Assembly (NCBI GenBank): GCA_965644315.1
Contig: CBFFRQ010000043.1
Coordinates: 434,001 to 498,000 of the forward strand
DNA from: Caecitellus pseudoparvulus
Taxonomy: Eukaryota > Protista > Bigyra: Bicosoecida
Direction of reading: 5' to 3'
Length of the DNA stretch: 64,000 nt
Below, in pieces: positions 24,964 through 36,055 of the stretch. The notes under the pieces were generated by a model. The model did no database searches. It was given only the letters and a program-made list of their open reading frames with translations, and was not told where the DNA came from. Position 1 is the first letter of the stretch. The number at the start of each line of letters is the position of its first letter. The position numbers were made by a program, and so were the translations under genes.

Positions 24964-27608
24964 ATGGCTGCCACGGCGTGGGACGCTGGCACGGTGAGGA
25001 GCAGCCCACAACAGCGAGAAGTCAGCGAAATCGCGGGGAGCTTTTCCACTGAACTGCTCAGTCGCCCAGCTGCCCAACGAAAGTTCACTGTCTTCCTTCG
25101 GGAGTTCAGAGATGGCGAGGTGTTCACCTACAGGTGTGTCAGCGGGGTTTGCCTGCCTCTCAAACACCCAGCGCGGGCGACACAAGCACACCCGTGCAGC
25201 CCTAAGGGCACTGCGCACGGCGCCACTTGCGTTGGCAAGAGTGATTCCAGGGCTGTGTTGGTGGCTTGTAGCGATGCCACTCTGGGCAGCCGCGCCCTGG
25301 CCTTGCGTAGCGTGCTTCGAGGGGCTTGCTGCCACGGCCCAATTCCCGCCGCTGCCCTCACAGACAGCAGATCTCGCGCAATGTGGCGAAGAAGGAGTAC
25401 TTCCTTGAGGTGGAGCTGGAGCATCTCGCCCAGTACGATGCTATCCTGCAAGACTGCATCTTGCAGAGCCCGAACGAGTACTTGCCAGTGGTGAGGGCGC
25501 CGAGCATGATGGAAGCGCGGCAGGGCGGTCAGCTGCACCTCGACCCCGCCCCATGTCTCAGTTTGAAGAAGCCACCCGGCACGCAGTTGCATTTTCCCAG
25601 TCCTTGACTCGCCCTGACTCGTCGACATCCGCGCTGCAAGTGCTGCTTCGCGGTGACCTGGCCGCAACGAAGATCCGAGATGTGTCGGTGCGTACCTCAC
25701 GGCGCCGGCGTTGTACACGACAAGACGCCTGCATACCCCGCATGCCACTGTTTGCCTCAGGCTGACGATGTGAACCGCCTTGTGGCAGTGCCAGGCATCA
25801 TCATCAACGCGTCGCGTACCAAGCCAAAGGCCACGGAGGTGACCATCCACTGCTCAACGTGTGGAGACCACCGGGCTGTGCCTTGTGGAGCAGCCTTTGG
25901 CGGTGCTGTGCTGCCCCGCCGGTGCCCTGAACGGAGCATTGGCCCAGATGGGACTGAAGTGGAGAACCCCCAGGCAAAGTCTTGCCCCCTGGACCCCTAC
26001 CACATCAAGCCCGACCAGTCAAAGTACGTGGACCAGCAGACACTCAAGCTGCAGGAGGCGCCCGAAGATGTACCAACAGGAGAGATGCCGAGGCATTTGC
26101 TCATGTCCGCAGAGCGGTACTTGGCAGATGCTGTGTCTCCTGGCACGCGCGTGCGCATCATCGGTGTGGTGTCCATCTTCAAGTCTAGTGGGCGAGGGCG
26201 CCCAGGGGGCGGTGGTGCTGGCTCAGGGGATGTCCGCACGCCCTTCTTGCGGGTGCTGGGCATTCAGTACGAAGAAGCAGGCGCGGGGCGAGCGAGCAGC
26301 CACTTCTCCCCAGAGGAGGAGGCCAAGTTCAAAACCATGGCTGCGGCGCCAGACTTCTACCAGCGCATGGCCACCAGCGTCGCGCCCAGCATTCGCGGTG
26401 ACTACACCGATGACTTGAAGAAAGCCATCCTGGCCTTGCTCATGGGCGGCTCCCGCAAACTGCTGCCCGACGGCATGCGCTTGCGTGGCGACATTAACGT
26501 CTTGCTCCTGGGCGATCCGTCCATGGCCAAGTCCCAGTTCTTGAAGTTCGTGGAGAAAGTGGCCCCAGTTGGCGTGTACACGTCAGGTAAGGGCTCATCC
26601 GCAGCAGGTCTGACAGCTTCCGTCATCCGTGATGGCAGAGGGGAGTTCTACCTGGAAGGGGGCGCCATGGTGCTGGCAGACGGGGGGGTTGTGTGCATTG
26701 ACGAATTCGACAAGATGCGGGAGGAGGACCGGGTGGCCATCCACGAAGCCATGGAGCAGCAGACCATCTCTGTCGCCAAAGCTGGCATCACCACCATTTT
26801 GAACTCGCGCTCAGCTGTGCTGGCAGCCGCCAACCCCGTCTTCGGCAGGTACGATGACGAGAAGTCAGCGGCTGAGAACATTGACTTCCTGCCCACCATC
26901 CTCTCGCGCTTTGACCTCATCTTCATCGTGCGGGACATCCGCAACAAGGACCGCGACATGGACATGGCCAGGCACGTCATGCGCATCCACATCAACGCGG
27001 GAGGCGCTGGCGCCGGCGCCACCACCCGCGAAGACACCGTGGAGGACACGGACGTCAGCTTGGGGGACATGAAGCGCTTCATCGCCTACGCGCGATCCAA
27101 GGTGGCGCCGCGCCTGTCAGCAGACGCCGCGCAAATGCTGCGGGACCACTACGTCACCATTCGCAGCGACCAACGAGACCGCAAGTCCAAGGACATCGAA
27201 CGCACGGGCTCCAGCAGAGACAGCGTCATCCCCATCACAGTCCGCCAGCTGGAAGCCCTGGTGCGCATCTCGGAGGCTGTGGCCAAGGTCAACTTGGCCC
27301 CCGAGGCCACCACGGCTCACGTTGAGGAGGCCCTGCGCTTGTTCAAGGTGTCCACCTTGGACGCTGCCAACTCAGGCCTCAGCCAGCACTACATGAACGA
27401 ACAGACTGCTGGAGACGTCCAGCGTGTGGAAGCTTGGGTGTCCCGGCGCCTGCCAGTGGGCACTGCTGTGCCCACTGCTCGAGTGCGTGCAGACCTGCTG
27501 AAGTCTGACGTTCCCGAACCAGCCATCCGCATGGCCCTGTCCATCATGGCAGGCAGAGGCACCCTCGTGTTCAGCAACGAACGGCGCATGGTGAAGCGCA
27601 TCGCGTGA
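24964..27608 (+). CDS. MCM5: DNA replication licensing factor MCM5; exons 24964-25133, 25364-25490, 25562-25687, 25761-27608; ~756 aa
   Basis: Zn finger CSTC..CP..CPLDPY, VDQQTLKLQEAPEDVPTGEMPRH, LPDGMRLRGDINVLLLGDPSMAKSQFLKF, VCIDEFDKM, SRFD arginine finger and ITVRQLEALVRISE. Three canonical frame-preserving introns. Confidence 0.96.
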
Positions 27609-27666
27609 AATACAAGCTGCTCCCTCGCCCCACCCGCGTGTACAGCTTGCATGCATTGTGGTGAAC

Positions 27667-28712
27667 TCACTGCACTGGGTACCCACCCTTTCCCGGCTGC
27701 TGGTGAGAAGGGTACGCCGCAGGTGAGTATCCGCCGCCCTGACCTGGGTATCCGCCCGCCGCCTGCTGCCCACCAGGCTGTGCGTAGGGGTCAGCGGTGT
27801 ACCCTTGTTGGGCGTTGTGGTTAGCGTATTGAGCGCCCTGGTGCTGGCCATGTTGCTGCGGTTGGCCGCCCTGGCCTGGGGCAGACACGGGCTGCGCGGT
27901 GGGCACGAAGTCACCAGACACGGCCGGGACCAGCTGGAAGTAAGCGTGGTGGGCAAGCTTGCGGCCGTAGATGAATCCTGCGCACTGTAGCGCAGCAGCA
28001 AGCGCTCCAGACACGACGGAGAGGATGTACGCGGTGCGCAGGTTGGCCTCGTTGGAGCAGGTGGCTTCGATGGAGTCGGCGTTGGCGTCATCATTGAGAG
28101 AGTTGTCTTCGCGGCATTCTGGGTCGCACAAGCAGTCCAGGGCAGGCAACAAGAAGCCCAACGTGAAGATGGCAGAGATGACGAAGAGGATGACACAAGC
28201 CAAGTCTGCGGAAGAGGGCGTGGGGAGTGTGCTCGGGCCACACGGCGGCGAAGGCGACGGCCACGTCGCAGCACTCACTGCAGGACCAGAACCAAGTCAA
28301 GAGGTTGTGGCTGCGGTTCTTTGCCCCGTAGTATCCACAGAGCGGGATGGAGATGGCGATGATGAAGCCGAAGCCTGCGCAACGCAAACGTATGCGAAAG
28401 GAAGGTGCACGCCAGCGTTTCTCGGCGCAAGGCCTGTCGGGCGCTCGCCCACGCACCTGCAAAATCTCCCGAGATGATGCTGAGGATGAAAGATGTGATG
28501 GCGATGAGGGCCATCGCAATGGAGATGTTCAGCACGCGCCGCGTTAGCACGGCCGCCTCTTGGTCTATGTGACGTGGAAGGTGACGGTAGGTGCGGCCCA
28601 AGTGCTCTCGACGCCTGTACAGGACTTGCTCAGTGGCTCCACACTCACTCGCGATAGGGATCCCATACACGACAATGTGTTCCGTCTGCTGGCTAGGCTG
28701 CGGACTGCTCAT
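27667..28712 (-). CDS. Four-transmembrane protein with a Cys-containing loop and a P/G/Y/Q-rich C-terminal tail; exons 28712-28457, 28374-28279, 28205-27667; ~296 aa
   Basis: Three ORF fragments join through GTGCGT..CAG and GTGAGT..CAG introns. Four hydrophobic segments, LCGYYGAKNRS after TM2 and a loop CLCDPEC..C give a tetraspanin-like topology. Confidence 0.75.
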
Positions 28713-29129
28713 CTTGTCCAACGAGAGTGTGGGGAGGCACTCGTGGACAGGGCAGGGAAAGACCCAGGCGTGGTGGTTCACGCGAGAGAAGGGCGTCAGA
28801 TGACACCACACGGGGCCGCGGGCAGAGGGGAGTGGAGAAAGACGAAAGGGAGCATTCCAAGCTGGACAGTGGAGACGTAAGGTAGTGGTGATTGACAATT
28901 TGACACGCCCGTGTTCGGGCTCAACCAGCCAGACCCCCTGCAGGCCAGACGCTGACACTCGCCGAAGCGGCTCTCAGAGTCTCTGCGGCCACTGTGTGCT
29001 TGCAACACCTTCAGCTAGCCCCCCATCACTTGCCTCAGCATGGTCAAAAACAACTCCCTTCACACTACCACGCCAGCAGTTGCACACCACCTCTGTCCGT
29101 GTCACTTGATTCGCCAGCGCCAGCTCGCC

Positions 29130-29942
29130 ATGGCCAGCGCCGCCGCCGCGGGAGGAGGGAGCGGAGATGTCATTGCAAAGCACAACGCCTGCACGCGCAA
29201 GAAGCCCAACGTGCTGGTGACTGGCACCCCTGGGTCCGGCAAGACCACACTGTGCGAAGCCCTGCGAGACAACGTCGGGTTCAAGGTGCTGAACGTGGGC
29301 CAGCTTGTGCGTGAGCAGCGAGGCAAACATGCTGCCTGCTGAGGACGCACAGGTCCTGGTGTTCCTAGTGCAGATCAAAGATAAGGAGTTCCATGGGGGC
29401 CACGACAAAGAGTTTGACGCCCTCATTCTGGACGAAGACAGCGAGGACAAGGTGCGCCGCGAAGCGATTTCCGCACATCCCCTGCCATCGTCCTTGGTGG
29501 GCTGAAGACGCTGCGAAAGCCCAGCGAACCCCGCCGCTTCCGCCTGCATACGCAGCTTCTGGATGAGATGGAGGAAATCCTTGGACCTGGAGGCTACGTT
29601 GTGGAGTTCCACTCCATCGACCTGTTTCCTGAGCGCTGGTTCGATTTGGTTGTTGTGCTCACGACAGACAACACGGAGCTGTTTGATCGGCTCACACGGC
29701 GAGGGTACTCCGACAAGAAGATTGAGGAGAATGTGACTGCTGAAATCATGCAGGTGTGCTTGGACGAGGCCCGCGAGTCCTTCGCGCGGGAGGTCGTCGT
29801 GCCCCTCAGCTCGAACACAACTGCTGACTGCGACTCGAACGTGCAGCGCATCGAAGCCTGGGCAGCCCAATGGCTTGCAGATGCCCCAAAACGCAAGGCT
29901 GCAGCGGCAGCAGCTGCTGCCGCGGTTGGGGCTGCCCCTTAA
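29130..29942 (+). CDS. AK6: Adenylate kinase 6 / Fap7 / hCINAP; exons 29130-29306, 29374-29451, 29556-29942; ~213 aa
   Basis: PNVLVTGTPGSGKTTL, ILDED..KLLDEME, FPERWFDLVVVL, RLTRRGYSDKKIEENVTAEIMQVCLDEARESF. Confidence 0.95.
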
Positions 29943-30116
29943 CACCGCCAGTCCAAGTCGCAGACTGATCCAGAGCTGGGCAAGCGCTGCTGATCCGCTC
30001 GCATTTACATCCCGCCAGCATGCCCACGGTACTAGGGTGGGGTACGCTGTAGCCTCGCGTGTGCTCGAGCGCGAGGGGAAATGCACAGTGCCGCAGCTGG
30101 AGTGCATTGAAGCGCA

Positions 30117-30979
30117 TCACCTGTCTTGAGGTGGCAGGGACGAGCCCTTAACGACTGGGCCCCACATTTCCGGTGTGGACGGGACTGACGCTGCGCGCTC
30201 CTCGACTCGGCGGGCCGAGGGGCGAGCGTTGAAGAAGGCTGCGCCCTCCACTGCAGCCATGGCTGTGCCGCAAGCCAGGCAGCCGCCTACCACACCCGTG
30301 ACAGTGCCGGAACGAGCACCCAAAACCGCGCCACTGGCGCAGCCAGCAGTTGCTGCGTTAAATACTTTGTTGTCGCTGATGGGTGTCTGCAGGCAGGGGA
30401 AGGGTGGCGAGAGTTGCGGGCAAGCCGCTGCGGGAGAGCCAGCCGCAGCGAAGCTCGGGCGCTTGGATCTGCAATCTCACCATCATCGAGTCCACCAGGG
30501 GGAAAAGTGCACAGATGAGCGTGCTGATTGGCTGCGAAGGAGCGACAGCGTGTTCTTCCCAGTGAATGCAAGCAAAGCCACTGAGCCTGTCACTGCAGCG
30601 GAATTGCGGATTTCCATGCACGCACCACGAGGGTCTTGGCATTCTTCGTGAAGGTCAGCCATCGGCTTGCCTCTGGGCATGAGGGTGGGAGGGGGGTGAC
30701 AGCGTGACACCTGCAGCCCGTTGGAGGTGCAACACACCTCGGGGCATCAGCCAGCCAGTCTGGATCCAAGCAACGCCCGTGCCTGCCACCAACCCGAAAC
30801 CCTGCGCCCAAAGCAAGAGAAAGAAGTGCAACACAGACCCCACACACAGCACAGGCAGCCTAGCTGTCACATACAGCCCCCCCAGCGATCCTGGTGAAGG
30901 AGTCCTGCTCCGCCATGGGCTTCCAGCCAGCCATAGCGTGAGCATCTTGCCCTGTGAAGCGGGTCCAGGCACTGGCCAT
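30117..30979 (-). CDS. Tim17/Tim22/Tim23-family inner-membrane protein (possibly complex I NDUFA11/B14.7); exons 30979-30875, 30801-30738, 30672-30626, 30531-30481, 30386-30117; ~178 aa
   Basis: Not present as a single ORF. Four GT-AG introns join to MASAWTRF..RIAGGAGFGLVAGTGVAWIQ..DNKVFNAATAGCASGAVLGARSGTVTGVVGGCLACG, which matches the Tim17-family pattern D..N...AG..SG..LG.R.G. Confidence 0.8.
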
Positions 30980-31400
30980 GGCTGGTGCCTTGACAAGCTT
31001 TGCTGCTCCTGCGCGACAACGACGAGCGCACGTGAGAGTGGGCGGTTGCCTTGTTCGGAAAATGGAGGGGTTCGGAGCTGCGTTGGTTTTATTTCATTTC
31101 GAAGAAAGATACGGCCCAACTGCGACTAACTCGTTGAGACTTGTCCCGTGTGTGGAGGTAAATGAGATTTAGAATACAAGAACCCGAGAGTTTATCCTGC
31201 ATGAGCTCGGCTAGCAAACCTGGTGTGGTGTCAAATGACACCCACCTCAACCTCTTTCTCTCTGCAGGAACTGGTGCTGGTGCATTGGAGTCCAGTTTGT
31301 CCTCTGCTTTGTCATCGATTCAGCGAGTTGACTTGGCTCCCAGCGGCAGAGCTGGCACTTTGACCCTGTGCCGGGCCTGCAGCAGCCAGCTCTTGCTGTC

Positions 31401-33368
31401 ATGAGACGGGGTCATTCTCGGTGCCCAGCTTTGTACCTGAACCTGCCTCTGCTCCGAGCTGTGGTGCTGGCTGTCCTGTGGCATGCAGCGACGGCTGCTG
31501 CGGAAACTGAAGCCGGGCAGGGACCGCCTGGTCTGCTTCCCTGCCGTGGTCGCTGGGAGAGCCTGAAGAAGTTCGAGACTGGCCAGTGGTGTCTGACACT
31601 TCCACCTCTGCCAGGCCTCAACCCCTTCAACGCTTCTGATGTCGTTTTCACTGCAAACGTGACCGAGAGCGGGCACACTGTGCAGGTGCTCACTGGATTC
31701 GCTCTGCAGAACTTCTCACGGACAGTCTCAGGGGATGGAAAGGAGATCCTGACTCCTCTTGGCCCTCTCCTCGCAGCAGTACGGTACACGGGGGTGCAGG
31801 AGGGGAACTTCTCCCTGTCTCTGCGTGTTATCATCCGAGGCCAGCCAAGCTTGGGAGGCGAGTGGTCATTCTCCGTGTCAGGTGAACCCTTGTCCAGCGG
31901 CGGGAGAGACCTCCGAAAGCACGGCTTCACACGCTCAGCACCCAACCAGCAGACCTTTCGCACCGACTCAGGGCAAGACGTGTTCCTCGTCGGCGAGAAC
32001 TTGGCTTGGGTGTCTACGGAAGAGGGCACGCTGGCTTTTGATGAATACCTTGGCAACCTGTCCCGGGCAGGCGCCAACTACGCTCGAGTGTGGCTGACAG
32101 ATGGGTGGGACCCACTCTTTATTGAGCAACGATTTGGGTGGTACGATGAGGAGGCACTGTGGAGGCTAGACTGGCTCCTCGCCCGAGCTGCGCAAGTTGG
32201 CGTGCGCCTCATGCTCACGGTGGAGTCCTTCAACCTCTTCTGCGATGCACCCGCCCCGATGCCCTGCTTCTGGAAGCAAAGCCCATACGCGGCGCAGAAT
32301 GGTGGGCCCCTGAGTGACCCCAAGGACTTCTTCACTGATGCCCGGGCTCAAGCCGCGTTCCGAGCTCGGCTGGCGTACATCGTGGCTCGCTATGCCTGGT
32401 CCCCTGCGGTGCTGCAGTGGGAGCTGTTCAACGAAGTGGACTTAACTTCAGGATTCAATGTGCAGGGAGTCGCGGGGAAGTGGACTCACGAGACGGCCGC
32501 TTTCTTGCGGAGTGTGGATCCTTACGCGCACCTCATCACGACCTCCTTTTCCTCTGACGCCGCCGCCAACAACATCGCCTTCAGCTCCCCATTCGTGGAC
32601 CTCTCCACAACTCACACATACAGCAGCCATAATGCGCTGGACCAGTTCGACAACTGCGCGTTCTGGGCGGAGTCCAAGGCAGCGTCCCTGCCCAACAAGC
32701 CGACGTTTGTGAGCGAAACTGGCATTCCAGCGGGTGCGTTAAGTGGACAAGCCGATCCTACTGGCATCTCCCTGCATCAAGGGTTGTGGTCAGGCTTGTT
32801 ATCGCCGGCTGCTGGCACTGCCATGGTGTGGTGGTGGGACAGTTGGGTGCAAGCGTACGGGTTGTACCAGCGCTTCGAAGGGGCTGCCGCGTTTGCTGGC
32901 CTCGTGCACTGGGGCGACTTGACGTGGAATTCCATGTCCTCGCATCCTGCAGAACGTGGGGCGCTTCGAGGGCCAGGCACCAGCACCATTGTGACGTGGA
33001 CGCGCACGGGTGCGGCCATGAATGGCACCCGGGCGGGAACTGCCCTCGTGTATGCGTACAACACTGCCTGCACCTGGGCTGCTGCGAACGCCAGCATCGC
33101 GTGTCCGGTCACTGCTGCTGGCAGCCAGCTGCCGGCCTTCTTGTTCAACGGCACAGCCAGACTGGGCCCCGTGCGCTGCGGCTGGAGACAGCCGTCCAGC
33201 CTGCCTCTTGTGTGGCACGACACGAGCACCGGCAAGAAGATGGAAGGCGTTTCCCAGCTTGCCTGCCAGCCGCAGCCTGGCTGTGAGTGCTGCTTCGCCT
33301 GCCTTGGCGTGTCCCCTGGCTTTTCCAGAGACGTCGCCGGCCTGGTGACGCTGCCTGGCGCAGCATAG
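31401..33368 (+). CDS. Secreted clan GH-A glycoside hydrolase (GH5-like TIM barrel, DUF5060-like N-terminus); ~655 aa, intronless
   Basis: Signal-peptide-like LLRAVVLAVLWHAATAAA and an NPF motif. GENLAW, YARVW, WELFNEVD (acid/base), LITTSF, THTY, KPTFVSETG (nucleophile) and WWWD. Cys-rich C-terminus. Confidence 0.8.
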   Translation: MRRGHSRCPALYLNLPLLRAVVLAVLWHAATAAAETEAGQGPPGLLPCRGRWESLKKFETGQWCLTLPPLPGLNPFNASDVVFTANVTESGHTVQVLTGFALQNFSRTVSGDGKEILTPLGPLLAAVRYTGVQEGNFSLSLRVIIRGQPSLGGEWSFSVSGEPLSSGGRDLRKHGFTRSAPNQQTFRTDSGQDVFLVGENLAWVSTEEGTLAFDEYLGNLSRAGANYARVWLTDGWDPLFIEQRFGWYDEEALWRLDWLLARAAQVGVRLMLTVESFNLFCDAPAPMPCFWKQSPYAAQNGGPLSDPKDFFTDARAQAAFRARLAYIVARYAWSPAVLQWELFNEVDLTSGFNVQGVAGKWTHETAAFLRSVDPYAHLITTSFSSDAAANNIAFSSPFVDLSTTHTYSSHNALDQFDNCAFWAESKAASLPNKPTFVSETGIPAGALSGQADPTGISLHQGLWSGLLSPAAGTAMVWWWDSWVQAYGLYQRFEGAAAFAGLVHWGDLTWNSMSSHPAERGALRGPGTSTIVTWTRTGAAMNGTRAGTALVYAYNTACTWAAANASIACPVTAAGSQLPAFLFNGTARLGPVRCGWRQPSSLPLVWHDTSTGKKMEGVSQLACQPQPGCECCFACLGVSPGFSRDVAGLVTLPGAA

Positions 33369-33913
33369 CATGCGCTGCAAAACTGCGCTTGTCGGGCACA
33401 CGCTCTGCTGGCTCGTCGCTCTCGATTCTGTCCCCCCGTGATGGTCCCTGAGGGCCTGGTGCCCGCACCTGCCTGGCCGAGCCGCGAATCCACTGTTTGC
33501 GTTTGCTCCTGTTGTGGCCGTGCTTGGCAGAGAGGGGGGCGTAGCTCCGCAGGTGACCGCTGCCTGAGGCAGGCCTGTGCCTTCAGAGCCCGAGCAGCGC
33601 CCACTACCGCCTGGTGTGAGTTATGCAGGCCCCCTGCGACTGTTGGGACGCGGCGGTCTCCTGCGGTTGCGGAGGTGGCGAGCGTGCCAGTATATGTGCT
33701 TGCCCTGCTCGCCCGCCCCTTGAGCCAGGCTCGACCTCACTGAGCCTGGTGCCACGCAAGCATCGTCGAATGTCGAGATACTTCCCCGGTCTCTGAAGCC
33801 TTGCTTTGTCTGTCGTGTCTTCGACCGGCTGACGTTGGTCTCGCTGCAGCGTGTCGCAGCGACGTGCTTCCCACAAGTGTACCTTCCGTGCCTGCCATAT
33901 CGCAGGGGAGACG

Positions 33914-34957
33914 ATGGCAGCAGGTGGCGCAGAACACGGCAAAACGCCTTCATGGCATGTAGCTGTGGAGGAGGGTCGCTTTGCAGATGCTCTGGTGCAC
34001 CTGGAGCAGTTAGCGTCTGCCAGCGATTCGGCTGGCTGTGCCGCTGCCTTGCGTGCCGGCGAGATCATTGTGCAACACAAAAGCGCGTGCGGAGAGGCGT
34101 CCCGCCTGGAGCGCTTCAAGCGGGCGATGAAACACTTTCAAACGGTGGTCCAGTCTGCCAGCTCCTCTCCTGAACAAGCTGCCAAGGCCTGCTTCCGAAT
34201 GGGGTACATGTGGGAGACAGGTCGGGCGCCCAAAGACGGGGCGCTGGCCAAGTCGCCAAAAGAAGCTGCCGTCCTGTACCGCTCCGCGAGGCGCCTGTGC
34301 CCCGGACCAGCGCAGGACATGGAGGGAGCGGAGGCCCGGCGGCTGCTGGCAGGCATCCTCCTGCGGCAAGAAGCAGGCGAGGGGCCTGTTGACTTCCCTG
34401 GCGCGTTGGCCCTGAGCCGTGAAGCTGCACAAGTGCAAGGTGTGCCAGAGGCGGGCGCGAAGGCTGCGCACTTGGCAGGCAGCATGCTGGAGTCAGGCGC
34501 TGAGGGCGTGCCACAAGACTGGGTAGGCGCTGTGGGTTGCTACGTGGCGGCGGTTCGGCACGCACAGGCTGGCGCCGCGGAGGGCATGCTGGAGGCTGGG
34601 CAAGAGGTGGGGGCCAAAGCCAAGGCCCGCCTCGAGGAGTTGAGCCAGACTGCCAAGACGCGTGCGGCGTTCCTTTCTTCCTACTGCAAAGCAGACGATG
34701 TTCCGTTTGGAGAGCTGCTGGACGTCGTGGACGGGGCGATGATGCTGGTGCTGCTGCGCCCCCCTGAGCAGTGGCACCCTATCTGTAAGGCAGCCATGCT
34801 GGAAAAGGTTCGCGTGCTGCTCATGCGCTGCGTGGATGTTGACCCGTCTGCGCTGCGGGTCAGCATTGCCTTGCAGCACCTTGACACGCTTTGCGCTGCC
34901 AAGCTTCCAGGCGTCCACACTGTTGCAAAGGAAGACATTGATCCAGGCGCCAAGTAG
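33914..34957 (+). CDS. SEL1-like repeat protein; ~347 aa
   Basis: SEL1 repeat patterns ACFRMGYMWETG..KSPKEAAVLYRSA and AAHLAGSMLESGAEGVPQDWVGAVGCYVAA. First ATG at 33914. Confidence 0.7.
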   Translation: MAAGGAEHGKTPSWHVAVEEGRFADALVHLEQLASASDSAGCAAALRAGEIIVQHKSACGEASRLERFKRAMKHFQTVVQSASSSPEQAAKACFRMGYMWETGRAPKDGALAKSPKEAAVLYRSARRLCPGPAQDMEGAEARRLLAGILLRQEAGEGPVDFPGALALSREAAQVQGVPEAGAKAAHLAGSMLESGAEGVPQDWVGAVGCYVAAVRHAQAGAAEGMLEAGQEVGAKAKARLEELSQTAKTRAAFLSSYCKADDVPFGELLDVVDGAMMLVLLRPPEQWHPICKAAMLEKVRVLLMRCVDVDPSALRVSIALQHLDTLCAAKLPGVHTVAKEDIDPGAK

Positions 34958-35288
34958 ACATCGGAATCCAAAGCGAATGCACCGCCTTGCGGAGCGCCGC
35001 TGAGTGAGAGTCCGGAGCAGCATGTTGGCCATTTCCCGTGTGCCCAGACCAGGTTGCCAAGCAGAGGCTAAGGGCATCCACTTTCAAAGCCACGCGGCCA
35101 CACCTCAGCGACGCACGCATGAGATTTCTTTCAGCGCTAGCTGCTTGCATGCAGTGGAGTGTAGGCACAAGTCGTTGACTGCACAGCTCGTAAGCAGCCG
35201 CACTCAGCAGCGTGCGGAATTACGGCCGGAGGACACAGTCTTGCCGGAGCCGCAGCGTTGCATCTCGGGCAGAAGCAAGGGTTGAACC

Positions 35289-35771
35289 ATGCAGCTGAAG
35301 CACAAGAAGATTAGGGCTCTTGCCAAGGGCTACTTCTTGCGCAACAAGAACGTCTTCCGCACAGCCCTGAACCGCGTGAACAAGGCCGCCGAGCATGCCT
35401 ACGTCGGGCGAAAGCTGAAGAAGCGCGACATGCGCAAGCTGTGGATCACACAAGTGAACGCCGGCCTGCAGCAGCACGGCTTCCGGTACTCTGACTTCAT
35501 TCACTCGGCGGCCCTGTCAGACGTGGCCTTGAACCGCAAGGTGTTGGCGCAGCTGGCCATCACAGAGCCATACTCGTTCAAGGCGGTTGTGGAGACCGTG
35601 CGAGCGACAGGGCACTCCCTGAAGGCTTCCCTTCCCAAACGCGTTGCCATGAAGAAGGACGCACCTCGTGGGCGCGCCAAGCGCTACTCTGCCATTGTGC
35701 AGCGGGCAGAGCAGGCTGCAGCCACTGCCGCCTCGGCAAGCGGCTCTCCTGCCCCTGCAGCGGAACGGTGA
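35289..35771 (+). CDS. MRPL20: Organellar (likely mitochondrial) ribosomal protein bL20; 160 aa
   Basis: KHKKIRALAKGY..AYVGRKLKKRDMRKLWITQVNAG..YSDFI..LNRKVLAQLAITEPYSFKAVV. Confidence 0.93.
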   Translation: MQLKHKKIRALAKGYFLRNKNVFRTALNRVNKAAEHAYVGRKLKKRDMRKLWITQVNAGLQQHGFRYSDFIHSAALSDVALNRKVLAQLAITEPYSFKAVVETVRATGHSLKASLPKRVAMKKDAPRGRAKRYSAIVQRAEQAAATAASASGSPAPAAER

Positions 35772-36055
35772 AAGGATCAAAGGCGATCTATACGGCCCTT
35801 TTCAAGTAGGGAGCCACGTGGCGGCGCACGTTGACTATTCTCGATGCACAGCGATGTCTGGCTGACCCTGGCAAGTCATGCGCTCAGCCAGATCCTCCCC
35901 TCAAAGGGGGCATACCATCTGCGATGCCGTGGCTTGGAGCAAATTACCACGATGTTGCCAATACACGCCATTATCCACCGGTGTGCACACCGTATGTCAC
36001 GAGCTTCGCCCCGCACTCCTACCGCAGCTGTGCGGGCTTCCTTCGCACATACTCG

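Noticed and set aside
25761-27608. Possible intein in MCM5 (MCMs are known intein hosts in archaea)
   Set aside because: The Walker A/B region is contiguous and the protein length is normal.
30175-30651. 158-aa plus-strand ORF
   Set aside because: Antisense shadow of the spliced Tim17-family gene on the minus strand.
31080-31200. AT-richer patch considered as a possible ncRNA
   Set aside because: No tRNA, snRNA or snoRNA hallmarks recognised. It sits between divergent starts and is best read as promoter DNA.
247-35771. Apparent functional clustering (MDN1 with AK6; NDUFB9, the Tim17-family gene and MRPL20)
   Set aside because: The genes are interspersed with unrelated ones on both strands, and these categories are common enough for chance.
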